Position numbers and translations under genes: made by a program. The notes beneath the pieces are model-generated. The model was not told where the DNA came from, searched no databases, and worked only from the letters and a program-made list of their open reading frames with translations. Shown here in pieces: positions 32,143 to 42,086 of a DNA stretch of 46,698 nt. Every line of letters begins with the position of its first letter. The first letter of the stretch is position 1. Source of the DNA: Thermoanaerobaculia bacterium (lineage in GTDB: Bacteria > Acidobacteriota > Thermoanaerobaculia > UBA5066); contig CAWFJJ010000012.1 in NCBI GenBank assembly GCA_963816185.1, positions 1 to 46,698 of the forward strand. Direction: 5' to 3'.

Positions 32143-32335
32143 GCCAGCCGCAATTCCCATTGCGCCCCTACAAGTGGCCGACGCGTGTGCGCTCGGCAGG
32201 CGAACGACGATGAACCCATTCGTCTGTTCGCGCCAGGGCAAGCCGCAATTTCCATTGCGTCCCTACACTTCCGGATCCTTCGCGTCAGGAAGGGTCTCGG
32301 CCTGTCGCAACGCGAAATGGCCGAGCGCCCCTACA
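32143..32335 (-). repeat. Three stacked R30 right ends (tips at 32172, 32267, 32335) with a transposase HTH sliver
   Basis: CAGCCGCAATTCCCATTGCGCCCCTACA and variants. FRILRVRKGLGLSQREMAE at 32269-32325. Confidence 0.85.
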
Positions 32336-32349
32336 GCATTTGAGGGTGG

Positions 32350-33750
32350 TCACACGGGCTTCCCGAGGATCGCGGTTATCTTCCCAAGCAAGGATTTGAG
32401 GTTGAGGGGTTTCGGGAGGAAGTCGGCGGCGCCCATCTGGCCGGCGAAGAGCACCCGGTTCTTCTCCGGGAGACCAGACATGAACAGGACGGGAATCTGT
32501 GCCTGCTCGGGCCGCGACTTCAGGACCTGCACGGTGTCGAAGCCGTCGAGCCCCGGCATCGCGACGTCAATGAGGATGAGGTCGACCGTGAGCGTCTCGA
32601 GAAGGCTCAATGCATCCTCTCCCGACCCCGACGGCACGGACTCGAATCCACTTCGCTTCAGGTATGTGCAGACGAAGTTCCGCACCTGCTTCTCGTCGTC
32701 CACGACGAGCACGACGGGCCGGCGCCCGGGCGTCGTGGCCGCCGCGGTTACGACGCTCGTGTCGACGAGCCCGCCTCCATTGACTGCTCCTCCCGTTGCG
32801 GTTTCGGCTCTCGTGTCGACGCTCTCGGCTACTGCGACCGCTCGACTCCTCGGCAACTTTGGTAGCGCAATGGCCGCGGATGGAAGGATGGAGCTCCTTC
32901 GATGGACGGCCGTCTTCTTACGCGCCGCAACCGGAACCATCTTCATCGCTGCGTTCGGCCGCGGCGTCTGATGCCGCTCGAGCGCCGCGAGCGAGGCCAC
33001 CAAGGCGTCGGCCGCTAGAAACCTTTCCTCGGGGTTTTTCGCGAGACATCTCACGACAACGGCCGCCAGCGCGCGCGCGACGCCTTGCTCTTCGAGCGCG
33101 CCACGCGACAGGGGAGCCTCGAGATGCTTCCTTGCGACGGAGAAGAACGTGCGGCCCGTGAACAGCGCGTGCCCAGTCAGCAGCTCGAACGCGATGGCGC
33201 CGATGGCGTAGATGTCGCTTCGCTCGTCCCCGATTTGGCCGCACAGCTGCTCGGGAGACATGTACTGGGGCGTTCCTACGGCCGAACCGACACCCGTGAT
33301 CCTGGGGTCGGTGCGATTCGTGTCGTGAGCCAACCCAAAATCGAGAATGGAGACGTCGTCCGAGGGCCGGATCATCACGTTTGCGGGCTTGAGGTCACGG
33401 TGGACGATGCCGGCCGCGTGCGCAGCCGCGACGGCCCGCGTCAGCTGTGTAAGGATCCGGAGCGATCGGGGTGCAGGGATCGGACTCTCAAGCTCGATGA
33501 CGGTTCTCAGGTCCCGCCCTTCGACAAACTCCATCGTTAGGTACGACCAGTCGCCAGCAACGCCGTAGTTGTGGAGGCGGCAGACGTTCGGGTGGCTGAT
33601 CTTCCAGTTCAAGGTCACTTCGCTCTTGAAACGCTTGAGGGCGGTGTCCCCCTCAACGGGACTAGTCCGCGCGAGGACCTTGAGCGCGATCACCTCGTCC
33701 AGCTCGCGATCGGTTGCCTTGAATACGTAGCCCGCTCCGCCGTGGCCTAG
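32350..33750 (-). pseudogene. Ser/Thr kinase + C-terminal receiver domain, 3' part, interrupted by IS110
   Basis: GHGGAGYVFKA..ALK, HRDLKPAN, DFG and YMSPE; REC VVDDE..DVAMP..KP. Confidence 0.9.
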
Positions 33751-33843
33751 TAAAGATGGAACGACCGGCCCAATTCGCGAGGCCGTAGATTACGCCGCGA
33801 GTTGGAGTCGTAGCGCAGAGCTACACGCGAAAGGAGCCGGTCG

Positions 33844-34989
33844 ATGAAGAAGAATATCCGATACGTAGGGCTGGACGTGCACGCCGAGACGATCGCCGTG
33901 GCGGTGGCCGAGGCGGGCGGAGAGGTCCGATCGCTAGGGACGATTCCGAATCGGCTCAAGTCGGTGCGGAGGCTCGTCAAGAAGCTCGGACCGCCCGAGA
34001 GTCTTCGTGTCTGCTACGAGGCGGGGCCGACGGGATACGTGCTTTACTGGCAGCTGACCGAGCTGGGCGTGGCCTGTGAGGTCGTGGCTCCGAGCCTCGT
34101 GCCGACCAAGCCTGGCGATCGGGTGAAGACCGACCGAAGGGACGCCGAGAAGCTGGCCAGAAGCTACCGGAGCGGCGACCTGACCGCGGTCTGGGTACCG
34201 GATGCCGCGCACGAGGCGCTGCGAGACCTCGTTCGTGCCCGAGAAGCGGCCACCCAGGATCGCCTCAGAGCACAGCAGCGGCTCAAGAAGTTTCTGCTTC
34301 GGCGCGGCCAGCGCGCCCCCGAGGGAATCGGAAGTTGGACGCTGAAATACCACGAGTGGATGAGGGCGCACGTGCGGTTCGATCACCCAGCCCAGGATGC
34401 GACTTTCCTGGACTACGTCTGCGAGGTCGAGCATGCCGTCGAGCGCATTCAAAGACTGGAAAGGGCCATCGACCAGGCCGTGGAGGGTGTGCCGGAGCGG
34501 ATGCGCGCCGTCATCAACGCCCTGCAGTGCCTGCGAGGCGTGGCCAAGATCGCGGCCGTGACGATCGTGGCCGAGCTCGGCGAGCTGTCGCGCTTCGAAA
34601 GGCCCCGGCAGCTGATGGGCTACGGCGGCATCGTTCCGAGCGAGCATTCCACGGGCGGCAAGGCCCGGCGTGGCGCCATCACGAAGACAGGCAACGCCCA
34701 TCTCAGGAGGATCGTCGTGGAAGCGGCCTTCCCTTACCGCCACCGGCCGGCGATCGGTTTCGCGCTGCGGAAAAGGCAGGAGGGACAAAGCGAGGACGTC
34801 AAGGAGATCGCCTGGAAGGCCCAGCACCGCTTACACGGTCGCTACCGAAAGCTCCAGGCCAGAGGCAAGCCGCAGCAGCACGTGGTCACGGCCGTCGGCC
34901 GGGAGCTCCTGGGATTCATCTGGGCCATAGGGGTGAGAGTCGAGCAGGGATTTCAGACCAGGGCCCCCGGTCGTCGGGCCGTAGCGTAG
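33844..34989 (+). CDS. IS110 family DEDD recombinase/transposase
   Basis: GLDVH, CYEAGPTG, KTDRRDA, PSEHSTG and ITKTGN. Confidence 0.96.
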   Translation: MKKNIRYVGLDVHAETIAVAVAEAGGEVRSLGTIPNRLKSVRRLVKKLGPPESLRVCYEAGPTGYVLYWQLTELGVACEVVAPSLVPTKPGDRVKTDRRDAEKLARSYRSGDLTAVWVPDAAHEALRDLVRAREAATQDRLRAQQRLKKFLLRRGQRAPEGIGSWTLKYHEWMRAHVRFDHPAQDATFLDYVCEVEHAVERIQRLERAIDQAVEGVPERMRAVINALQCLRGVAKIAAVTIVAELGELSRFERPRQLMGYGGIVPSEHSTGGKARRGAITKTGNAHLRRIVVEAAFPYRHRPAIGFALRKRQEGQSEDVKEIAWKAQHRLHGRYRKLQARGKPQQHVVTAVGRELLGFIWAIGVRVEQGFQTRAPGRRAVA

Positions 34990-35270
34990 ACAAGACAAGA
35001 AAAGAAACGGAGATCAAACGAAATTGAGTCGAGCAGCCAGCGGCCGAGAGGCCCACGGAGGAGAATCCTCGAGCCCGCTATGCGACAGGGCTTCACGGCC
35101 CGGACCCGCGCCGCTAGTAAGAGGCAGCTCCCGACGAATCACTTTCATGAAGGCGGGCTCAGCCCGATCCTCGAATATCAGGGTGATCAACCGTCGAGAA
35201 CGCACCCTCGGTCGCTGACTGGTCGACTCCACGAAAGGAATTTCGAAGATTCCGAAAACTCGTCCCAACT
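34990..35270 (+). ncRNA. Putative bridge/seek RNA
   Basis: Long 3' non-coding region. GCCCGCTA (35073-35080) and CTAG (35114-35117) match the target; ATATCAG (35175-35181) matches the donor end. Boundaries approximate. Confidence 0.7.
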
Positions 35271-35291
35271 TGACCGGTCGTTCCATATCAG

Positions 35292-35375
35292 CGGGCCCAG
35301 GTATTCGTACCGCGGCAGCGACGCGAAGAAATTCGTGCGGAGGACGTCGAGGTTGGGATCGGGGCATTCGCCCAC
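35292..35375 (-). pseudogene. 5' part of the interrupted kinase
   Basis: MGECPDPNLDVLRTNFFASLPRYEYLGP joins in frame to LGHGGAGY. Confidence 0.85.
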
Positions 35376-35402
35376 GGTATTCCTTGCGATCCTACCCCGT
35401 CC

Positions 35403-36073
35403 CGTAGGGGTGCAATGGGAATTGCCGGGGGCTCTGGCGCGTACAGACCAAGGTTTCGCCCTCTGAATCCGGTCTCGAAAACGGGCATTCTGGCCGGACA
35501 GGAGCCCTTAATGCACTCTTCCCGACCGCCGCGAGGCGGCAGTTCTCCAGCGGCGCTGCCCGCCCTCCTGCGCACGGCTGCGCCTCACGCGAACGTCGGC
35601 TGTAGGATCAGACGCTCTCCCACTTCATTAGGAAGGAGTTCGGCACGAGGGCTACAACGCTGCGCGGTGGACGCTGAAGGACATGCTCGGGCTGCGCCTC
35701 CTGCGGCCGATCGTCGCGGAAGACCTCGCCGCGACGGTCGAAATGGGCCTCGTGCACTACGCCCATTTCCGCCCGCACCAGGGCCTCGGCGGGGCGACGC
35801 CAGCTGAGGTCTACTTCGGACGCGCTCCGTCGCACCTGTCAGCGATCCCGCCTCCTCGCGGCAGGCCGGGTGAAGGTCGGAAGGACTCGCCGTTTCGCAT
35901 CGACTACCTAGACGCGGAGCGGCTACTGCCAGTTCTGGTTCGAAAAGCAGCCTAAACGGGCGATTACCGGGGGCGAGCGCCGGTCGACGTGTGCGCGTAC
36001 GAAGGTGTCGCGACCGCCGAGACGCGGGTCTGTGCGCGCCAACGGCAGCCGCAATTCCCATTGCGCCCCTACA
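35403..36073 (+). mobile_element. Internally deleted R30 element with both ends
   Basis: Left end at 35403, transposase start at 35511, C-terminal fragment 35669-35955 (Y..RPHQGLGGATPAEVY..LVRKAA), right end ..CCCCTACA at 36073. Confidence 0.88.
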
Positions 36074-36093
36074 GCTGGCAGCGCATTCACGTT

Positions 36094-36375
36094 CTAAGAA
36101 ATCCCCGGTCTTCTTTCTTCATCCCGGAGGCCCGCCGTCTTTCGACTGAAGGCGAAGGCCGTGAAGGCGGCGTTGGGAGTGAAGGAGGAGAGAACGAGCC
36201 GGTCGTTAAACACCGTGTAGAAGGCTCCGCCGCCGCTCGAGTGAGCGGTCAACTCCAGGAGCCAAACCCATGCCTCGCCGGAGTCTGTCGACTTGAACAG
36301 CTCGCCGTTTATCGTCCCGACGTAGAGCGTGGAAGGCGTGACTGGGTCGATGGCGAGGTCCCACACGTAGATCAA
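36094..36375 (-). pseudogene. BNR/sortilin-like propeller remnant
   Basis: LAIDPVTPSTLYVGT..LFKSTDSG..W. Confidence 0.55.
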
Positions 36376-36406
36376 GTTTCCCTCGCTGGTCCAGGTGCGC
36401 TTGCGA

Positions 36407-37297
36407 CTATGGCAGAGAGAACGGTGGACCGGCGACCGGCGCTCCGTACGGTCGCGTTGCAGACACCGCCTGAAGCGTCCACGCGAAATTCCCCGACCCG
36501 AGCGATGGGCCGAGCGTGTACCACGATGGAGCGCCTGCGTGAATCAGACACCCCGAAGCGCAGTAACCGGATCCTCCTGTTAGAGACAGGTTGTAAGTGA
36601 CCGCATCCTGAGCGGTGGCGTTATCGGGCGCCGTCCACAGCAGGTTCCTGTCCGGCAAAGGCGCCTTCGATAGCCCCGTCGGCTGATGCAAATTGTGAGG
36701 AAAACGAACGACACCGTGAATGGGATCGGTTCCGAAATGTCCGGTCGCGGGTCCGGCGAACACCAACGTCATGTTGGAATACTGGACCTCCGACGCTCCG
36801 TCCGTTCCTCCGCTGACGCAGACCTGTAGCATTGACGCCCCGTTTTTTTCAAAGGCCGCCGCGTTTCCGTTGCCTGAAATGAAGTTGGCAGTGCCGCTGA
36901 CCACAAAGAGAGCGGTGTTGGTAGGGCTAAAGGTCGGGCAACTGCTCGTGTCGGCCGGATCGGATGACACCGTGGCATCGGTCATCAAGATGTGGTGGGT
37001 GTGGGCACCCCGGTTCGCGGCAACGCCCGCATCCTTGCCCACTCTCGAAACCCCATAATCGGACAGTTCCATAGTCATATATGCAGAAAACTCAGCCTTG
37101 CCAGAGCTTCCCTTCAAGTCCAACGCCCAGTGGCCGCGGATTTCCCACGGACCCGCGTTCGAAACTACGCTCGTATAGTCGCTGAGTATTCCGCTGACGT
37201 GCTCGGGAAGAGGAGCTTGAGCCAGAGCGCCGATGCTTGATGCCAACAATAAGACTGCGAGAATGCGTGCCGTGAATCGCAACCGCTTGCCATTCAT
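36407..37297 (-). CDS. Secreted hypothetical protein (C-terminus possibly a fusion artefact of deletion)
   Basis: Signal peptide ..ALA-QA. SD GGAGG. Lower GC than the surroundings. Confidence 0.7.
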   Translation of the reverse strand: MNGKRLRFTARILAVLLLASSIGALAQAPLPEHVSGILSDYTSVVSNAGPWEIRGHWALDLKGSSGKAEFSAYMTMELSDYGVSRVGKDAGVAANRGAHTHHILMTDATVSSDPADTSSCPTFSPTNTALFVVSGTANFISGNGNAAAFEKNGASMLQVCVSGGTDGASEVQYSNMTLVFAGPATGHFGTDPIHGVVRFPHNLHQPTGLSKAPLPDRNLLWTAPDNATAQDAVTYNLSLTGGSGYCASGCLIHAGAPSWYTLGPSLGSGNFAWTLQAVSATRPYGAPVAGPPFSLP

Positions 37298-37348
37298 GAA
37301 AGACCTCCAAATGTGAGAGCCCTGCCTTTGCCGAAGAGAGCCCCTCGA

Positions 37349-38011
37349 CTAGCACGTGACATCTTGACCGGGCGCGAGGGATTCATAATTTGAGCGAAGA
37401 AATCGATGGCCACGGCGGCAACGCCCGCAAGTGGTGCTCGCGAGGACGAGGTTGCTCGGAAAGCCATCGCCTTCGCGAATGCAGGGGGTCGAGTCAGAGG
37501 GGTATCCGAAAAACGGAATCGGGTCGAAGAGCATTCCCGAAAATGGAACGGCCGGAATCGTCAGGCCAAAGGTCCCGCCAAAGCCCGGAGTGGAGGTCAC
37601 GGAGAAGATGTCGTCGAGGCCGGAGGTGTTCGACGTGATGCCGATGGCGCCGAAATCATTCGTCTTGCCCAAGACCGAGCCGAGGACGTCGGAAAACGTC
37701 GCCGACGTTCTGGGGTCGACGTCGAAGGTCTTGTCGGGGCTGCTCGATCCGTCCTGGTTGTTTCCGAGGAACTTGAGGGTGAAGGTCGCGGCGGACCCGG
37801 TCAAGTTCGACACCAGAAGGTTCAGTCGTGTAGAAGGCCCCTCCCGGCCGGCTGAATGCGCATTCGTCGGGACGAGTACGGTGGAGGCGTTCTGGTTCGT
37901 CACCCCAGTGCCGATCCACGTGCGCCCGGCGTCGGCGGTTCTGAAGACGACGCCGGCCTCTGTCCCCGCGTAGACCGTCGAGGGAGTCAGGGGATCGATC
38001 GCGAGGACCAT
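37349..38011 (-). pseudogene. Decayed BNR-repeat surface protein with GGAFYTT-type C-terminal domain
   Basis: LAIDP.TPSTVYAGT..RTADAG.TW and TFTLKFLG..DVLGSV..GGTFG..IPA, with frameshifts. Confidence 0.55.
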
Positions 38012-38200
38012 GTGACTCTCTCCTTTCCGCTTGCGGCATTCCGCGACCGGGACTCGGCCTCTGTCGCAAGGTGGGGTGCCCGCGCACACGTCGTCAAACG
38101 GCAAAGCGCGGATTTGGATCCGCCGCCGTCGAATGCCGCGCTTTGCCGTAGTCGCCCCCGGAGGCTAGGATCGGTTTCGGGGCCAGTCAGGTAGAGCGCC

Positions 38201-40249
38201 ATGGGCGAATCCCCAGGCACGCCGGAATCTGTGAGACCGCCCAAAGACCGCCTGGATTCGTGGAAAGAAGTCGCGGCATACCTCAAGCGCGACGTGACCA
38301 CGGTTCAACGCTGGGAGAAGCGGGAGGGAATGCCCGTCCATCGGCACCTGCACGACCGGCTGGGCTCCGTCTTCGCGTCCCGGACGGAGCTCGACGCCTG
38401 GGCGCGCAGCCGGAAGCTTTCGGGCGCAGGCGCGGCGGGCGAGGGCGACGAGGTTCCGCCCGGCGCATCTGCGCGCGCGGGAAGCGCCGCGCCTTCCACC
38501 GCTCCGCGGAGAGCGCGGATCGCCCTCTGGCTGGCCACTGCCGCAGCCGCGTGCGCGGTGGGAGCCGGTTTCTGGCTGCGGGAGACGGAGCTCTTCTGGA
38601 GGAGTCCGATCGCAGACGCGCGACTCCAGACGCTCACGGACTTCGACGCGTCCACGGAGGCCGCCGCGGTGTCCCGCGACGGGCATTTCGTCGCGTTCCT
38701 TTCGGACCGGGACGGGCCGACGGACGTCTGGGTCACGCAGGTCGGCTCGGGTCAGTTCCACAACCTGACCGGGGGAACCGCGCCCGAGCTCGTCAACCCT
38801 TCGGTGCGCGTGCTCGGGTTCTCGCCCGACGGCGCTCTCGTCACCTTCTGGGTCCGCCGTCCGGCGGGGCCGGGCGGCGCCATCGGCATCTGGGCGGTGC
38901 CGACGCTGGGCGGTGTTCCGGCGCCGTACCTCGAGGGCGTGGCCGAGTACGACTGGTCGCGCGATGGGACGCGCCTCGCGTATCACACGCCCGCGCCCGG
39001 TGATCCTCTCTTCGTGTCGGAGAGGCGCTCGCGCGTGCAGGCGCGTCACGTCTTCACCGCGCCGGCCGGAATGCACAGTCACTTTCCGACCTGGGCCCCC
39101 GACGGCACGTCCCTCTATTTCGTTCTGGGCTCTCTTCCGGACAAACTGGACATCTGGCGCATCGGTACCGACGGCGGCACGCCGGTGCGGGTCACCTCCC
39201 AATCCGGGAGGGTGAGCCACCCGGTCTTCCTGGACCGGCGGACGCTGATGTATCTCGCGAGCGATCCCGACGGTTCGGGACCGTGGCTGTACAGCATGGA
39301 CGTGAAACGCCGAATTCCGCACCGGCTGACGTCCGGTCCTGACCGGTACACGTCGCTCGCGGCGAGCGCGGACGGCCACCGCCTCGTCGCGACCATCGCG
39401 AGGCCGAAGAGCACTCTCTGGCGGCTGCGGGTCGCGGACGGGCCCGCCGAGGCGCCGGCGCCGGCGCGGGTCCCGCTCACGACGGGAACGGGCTCTTCCC
39501 CGCGGCTGGGAGCGGACGGGATCGTGTACGTCGCGGCCGCAGGGACCGGCCAGAGCATCTGGAGGTTCGCCGACGGCTCCGGCGTGGAGCTCTGGAGCGG
39601 CCGCGGAGCGCAGATCCTCGGAGGTCCGGCTCTGAGTAGAGACGGGCGAAAGGTCGCTTTCTCCGTTCGCCAGGCCGGCAAGACCCTTCTCTGCGTGATG
39701 GGGATCGACGGCACGAACGTCCGGATCGTGTCCGATACGCTCGACCTGCAGGGCGCCCCCGCGTGGGCGCCCGATGGTCGTTCGCTCGCCGTCGCCTCGG
39801 ACGACCACGGCGTCCCGCGCGTCTATCGAGTTCCGGTCGGAGGCGCTCCCCTGGCCCTTCTCGCGCCGGAGTACTCGCTCGATCCCGCCTGGTCGCCCGA
39901 CGGTCGCTTCGTCGTCTACTCGGGTCCGGATATCGGCACAACGTTTTCCGTGAAGGCCGTCACCGCAGCGGCGGGACCGCATCCGCTGCCGCAGCTGACG
40001 CTGACGCGGGGATCGCGACGCCTCGCGTTCACTCTGGGTGGGCGGGCGCTCGTGTACCTGCGTGGAGAGATCTCCCACAAGGATCTCTGGCTCCTCGACC
40101 TCGAAACTGGTGCTGAGCGCCCGCTGATGCGGTTCGCGCCCAACTTCGACGTTCGCGACTTCGACATATCCGCGGACGGCAGGGACGTCGTGGTGGAACG
40201 GGTCCAGGAGCGATCGGACGTGCTGCTGATGGATCTCGCTCGTTCTTAG
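38201..40249 (+). CDS. HTH + TM + TolB-like (PD40) propeller protein
   Basis: DRLDSWKEVAAYLKRDVTTVQRWEKREGMPVHR and many WSPDG/WAPDG repeats. Confidence 0.88.
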   Translation: MGESPGTPESVRPPKDRLDSWKEVAAYLKRDVTTVQRWEKREGMPVHRHLHDRLGSVFASRTELDAWARSRKLSGAGAAGEGDEVPPGASARAGSAAPSTAPRRARIALWLATAAAACAVGAGFWLRETELFWRSPIADARLQTLTDFDASTEAAAVSRDGHFVAFLSDRDGPTDVWVTQVGSGQFHNLTGGTAPELVNPSVRVLGFSPDGALVTFWVRRPAGPGGAIGIWAVPTLGGVPAPYLEGVAEYDWSRDGTRLAYHTPAPGDPLFVSERRSRVQARHVFTAPAGMHSHFPTWAPDGTSLYFVLGSLPDKLDIWRIGTDGGTPVRVTSQSGRVSHPVFLDRRTLMYLASDPDGSGPWLYSMDVKRRIPHRLTSGPDRYTSLAASADGHRLVATIARPKSTLWRLRVADGPAEAPAPARVPLTTGTGSSPRLGADGIVYVAAAGTGQSIWRFADGSGVELWSGRGAQILGGPALSRDGRKVAFSVRQAGKTLLCVMGIDGTNVRIVSDTLDLQGAPAWAPDGRSLAVASDDHGVPRVYRVPVGGAPLALLAPEYSLDPAWSPDGRFVVYSGPDIGTTFSVKAVTAAAGPHPLPQLTLTRGSRRLAFTLGGRALVYLRGEISHKDLWLLDLETGAERPLMRFAPNFDVRDFDISADGRDVVVERVQERSDVLLMDLARS

Positions 40250-40262
40250 CCCGGTGGTCCCC

Positions 40263-41615
40263 TGTGCCTCGCCAGAATCCCATAGGGTGTCCAAACGGGG
40301 GCGTACGTACTTCAGCCGATTGAGGTTCCTTCGCTCCCCGGGCCGGCCTGCTCTGGCTCGTATCCTCCCAGCATGCTCGGCTTGATTCGACTCTTCCTGG
40401 GGTCCCTCGTCGCCCTCCTTCGCCCTCAGGCCGCACTCGTGGCCGAGAACTTCGCGCTGAGGCATCAACTCGGCGTCCTCCTGCGGTCGAGGCCCGCCCG
40501 TCTTCCCCTTACTTCGTGGGATCGAGCCCTCTGGGCCTTCGCCCTTCAGCGCTTCCCCGGGTGGCGGCAGAGGCTGGTCATTGTCAGGCCCGAAACCGTC
40601 ATCGCGTGGCATCGTCAGGCGTTTCGACTCTTCTGGAGATGGAAGTCGCAGGCCGGGCGACCGAGAGCTCATGCCGAGGTCCGGAGGCTCATTCGGGAGA
40701 TGGCCTCAGACAACCCGACCTGGGGTGCGCCCCGAATCCACGGCGAGCTTCTTAAGGTCGGTTTCGACGTGAGCGAACGGACGGTCTCCCGATACCTCGA
40801 ACGGATCCGACCAGAACCTCGAAGGACCGGATCTCAGACCTGGAGCACCTTCCTGCGCAACCAGGCCAAGGGCATCGTCGCCGTCGACCTGTTCACTGTG
40901 CCCACGGTCAGATTTCAGGTTCTTTACGTCTTCGTTGTTCTGGCACTTGAACGCCGGCGTCTGGTCTTCGCGAACGTGACAACGAACCCAACTTCATTCT
41001 GGCTCGGCCAGCAGACGATCAATGCCTTCCCCTGGAAGACGGCGCCCAGATTCCTGATCAGAGATCGCGATAGGGCATATGGAAACGAGTTCTCCCGCCG
41101 AGTCCGGGATCTCGGCATCCGTTCCATCAAGACCGCTATTCGCGCCCCGAAGATGAACTGCTACGCCGAGCGCCTCATCGGTACGATCCGCCGCGAACTG
41201 TTCGACCACGTCATCGTGTCGAGTGAGCGTCACGCGAGGCGGCTGCTTCAGGAGTTCCAGGTCTGGTACAACGAGGACCGCCTTCATCTCGCTCTCGAGA
41301 AGGACGCTCCTGATCACAGGCCCATCGAGCCGCCCGAGATGGGCGAGGTCATCTCGCTACCTCGTCTCAGCGGTCTTCATCACCGGTACTCGCGGCGCAC
41401 AGCCTGAAGCCAGGGGCGTCTACGGCGGTACTCCGACGGCCCTGCCATGCCGTCCGACTAAACCTTGATCCAGACGGTCCGCTTCCTCTTCACGAAAACC
41501 ATGGAGAGCCGCCGGCCGCAGAGCCTTCAGTCGACATCGATAATGCAGGTTGCCAGCCTCCTCAAGGACGGTTCTGTTACATCCCGAGCCCCCGCTGCGA
41601 TTTTGGCGATCCACA
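40263..41615 (+). mobile_element. Second IS481/IS3-like element with TGT...ACA ends
   Basis: 17-bp imperfect inverted repeats TGTGCCTCGCCAGAATC (40263) / GATTTTGGCGATCCACA (41599-41615), 14/17 match. Confidence 0.7.
40373..41407 (+). CDS. Integrase-core (rve) DDE transposase
   Basis: NPTWGAPRIHGEL, AVDLF, IRDRD, N.YAER..GTIRRE, YN..R.H and GLHHRY. Confidence 0.93.
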   Translation: MLGLIRLFLGSLVALLRPQAALVAENFALRHQLGVLLRSRPARLPLTSWDRALWAFALQRFPGWRQRLVIVRPETVIAWHRQAFRLFWRWKSQAGRPRAHAEVRRLIREMASDNPTWGAPRIHGELLKVGFDVSERTVSRYLERIRPEPRRTGSQTWSTFLRNQAKGIVAVDLFTVPTVRFQVLYVFVVLALERRRLVFANVTTNPTSFWLGQQTINAFPWKTAPRFLIRDRDRAYGNEFSRRVRDLGIRSIKTAIRAPKMNCYAERLIGTIRRELFDHVIVSSERHARRLLQEFQVWYNEDRLHLALEKDAPDHRPIEPPEMGEVISLPRLSGLHHRYSRRTA

Positions 41616-41667
41616 CCCTGGTTTCTACGCGCCACAGCCCCCCGGCAAGTCCCATTGCACCCCTACA
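41616..41667 (-). repeat. Inverted R30 left end
   Basis: CTACGCGCCACAGCCCCCCGGCAAGTCCCATTGCACCCCTACA. Confidence 0.85.
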
Positions 41668-41762
41668 GGTCCATCTAAATCGTCGCTCCATACACTTCGA
41701 CGACGGCTCGTGAGTAGCGCCTCGCACGGTCGATGCGCCGCAAGAAAATGGGAAGATGGCGG

Positions 41763-41975
41763 TTACTTTTTCTCGATCTGGGCTGAAGGATCGCTCGAAG
41801 CGTTCGGGTCGTCCGCGCTCGCCCCCGTCTCCGCGTTCTTGATCGCGTCCCTGAAGCCTCGGATTCCTTGCCCTAGATTCCTGCCGAGCTCCGGCAGCTT
41901 CTTCGGTCCGAAAACGAGCGTGGCGATGATCAGGATGAGAAGAAGGTGCATCGGTTGAAACAGGCCTTCGATCAT
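41763..41975 (-). CDS. tatA: Twin-arginine translocase TatA/E subunit
   Basis: LVFGPKKLPELGRNLGQGIRGF. SD GAGGAG. Confidence 0.92.
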   Translation of the reverse strand: MIEGLFQPMHLLLILIIATLVFGPKKLPELGRNLGQGIRGFRDAIKNAETGASADDPNASSDPSAQIEKK

Positions 41976-42086
41976 GAAACTCCTCGAGGCTCAGACAGAG
42001 CCACCTTGATGATAGCCGCTCATGACTGGCGAGGATTGGGCCTCTAAGAAAATACGCCGCTCTCTCAGGACGCTCTCTGACCGGGG

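Larger units (their letters stand above)
33751..35291 (+). mobile_element. IS110 family (IS1111-type) element
   Basis: Perfect 13-bp subterminal inverted repeats ATGGAACGACCGG (33756-33768 / 35274-35286). AG core on both sides. Removal restores the kinase frame. Confidence 0.93.

Noticed and set aside
35390-36085. Target-site duplication around the two-ended R30 copy
   Set aside because: The flanks CCCCGTCC and GCTGGCAG do not match. None was seen for the 6956/7228 pair either.
38165-40672. 835-aa minus-strand ORF and similar long ORFs (7310-8521, 17093-18298, 20366-21727, 16570-17955)
   Set aside because: These are shadow frames of well-supported genes in high-GC DNA, with no recognisable motifs.
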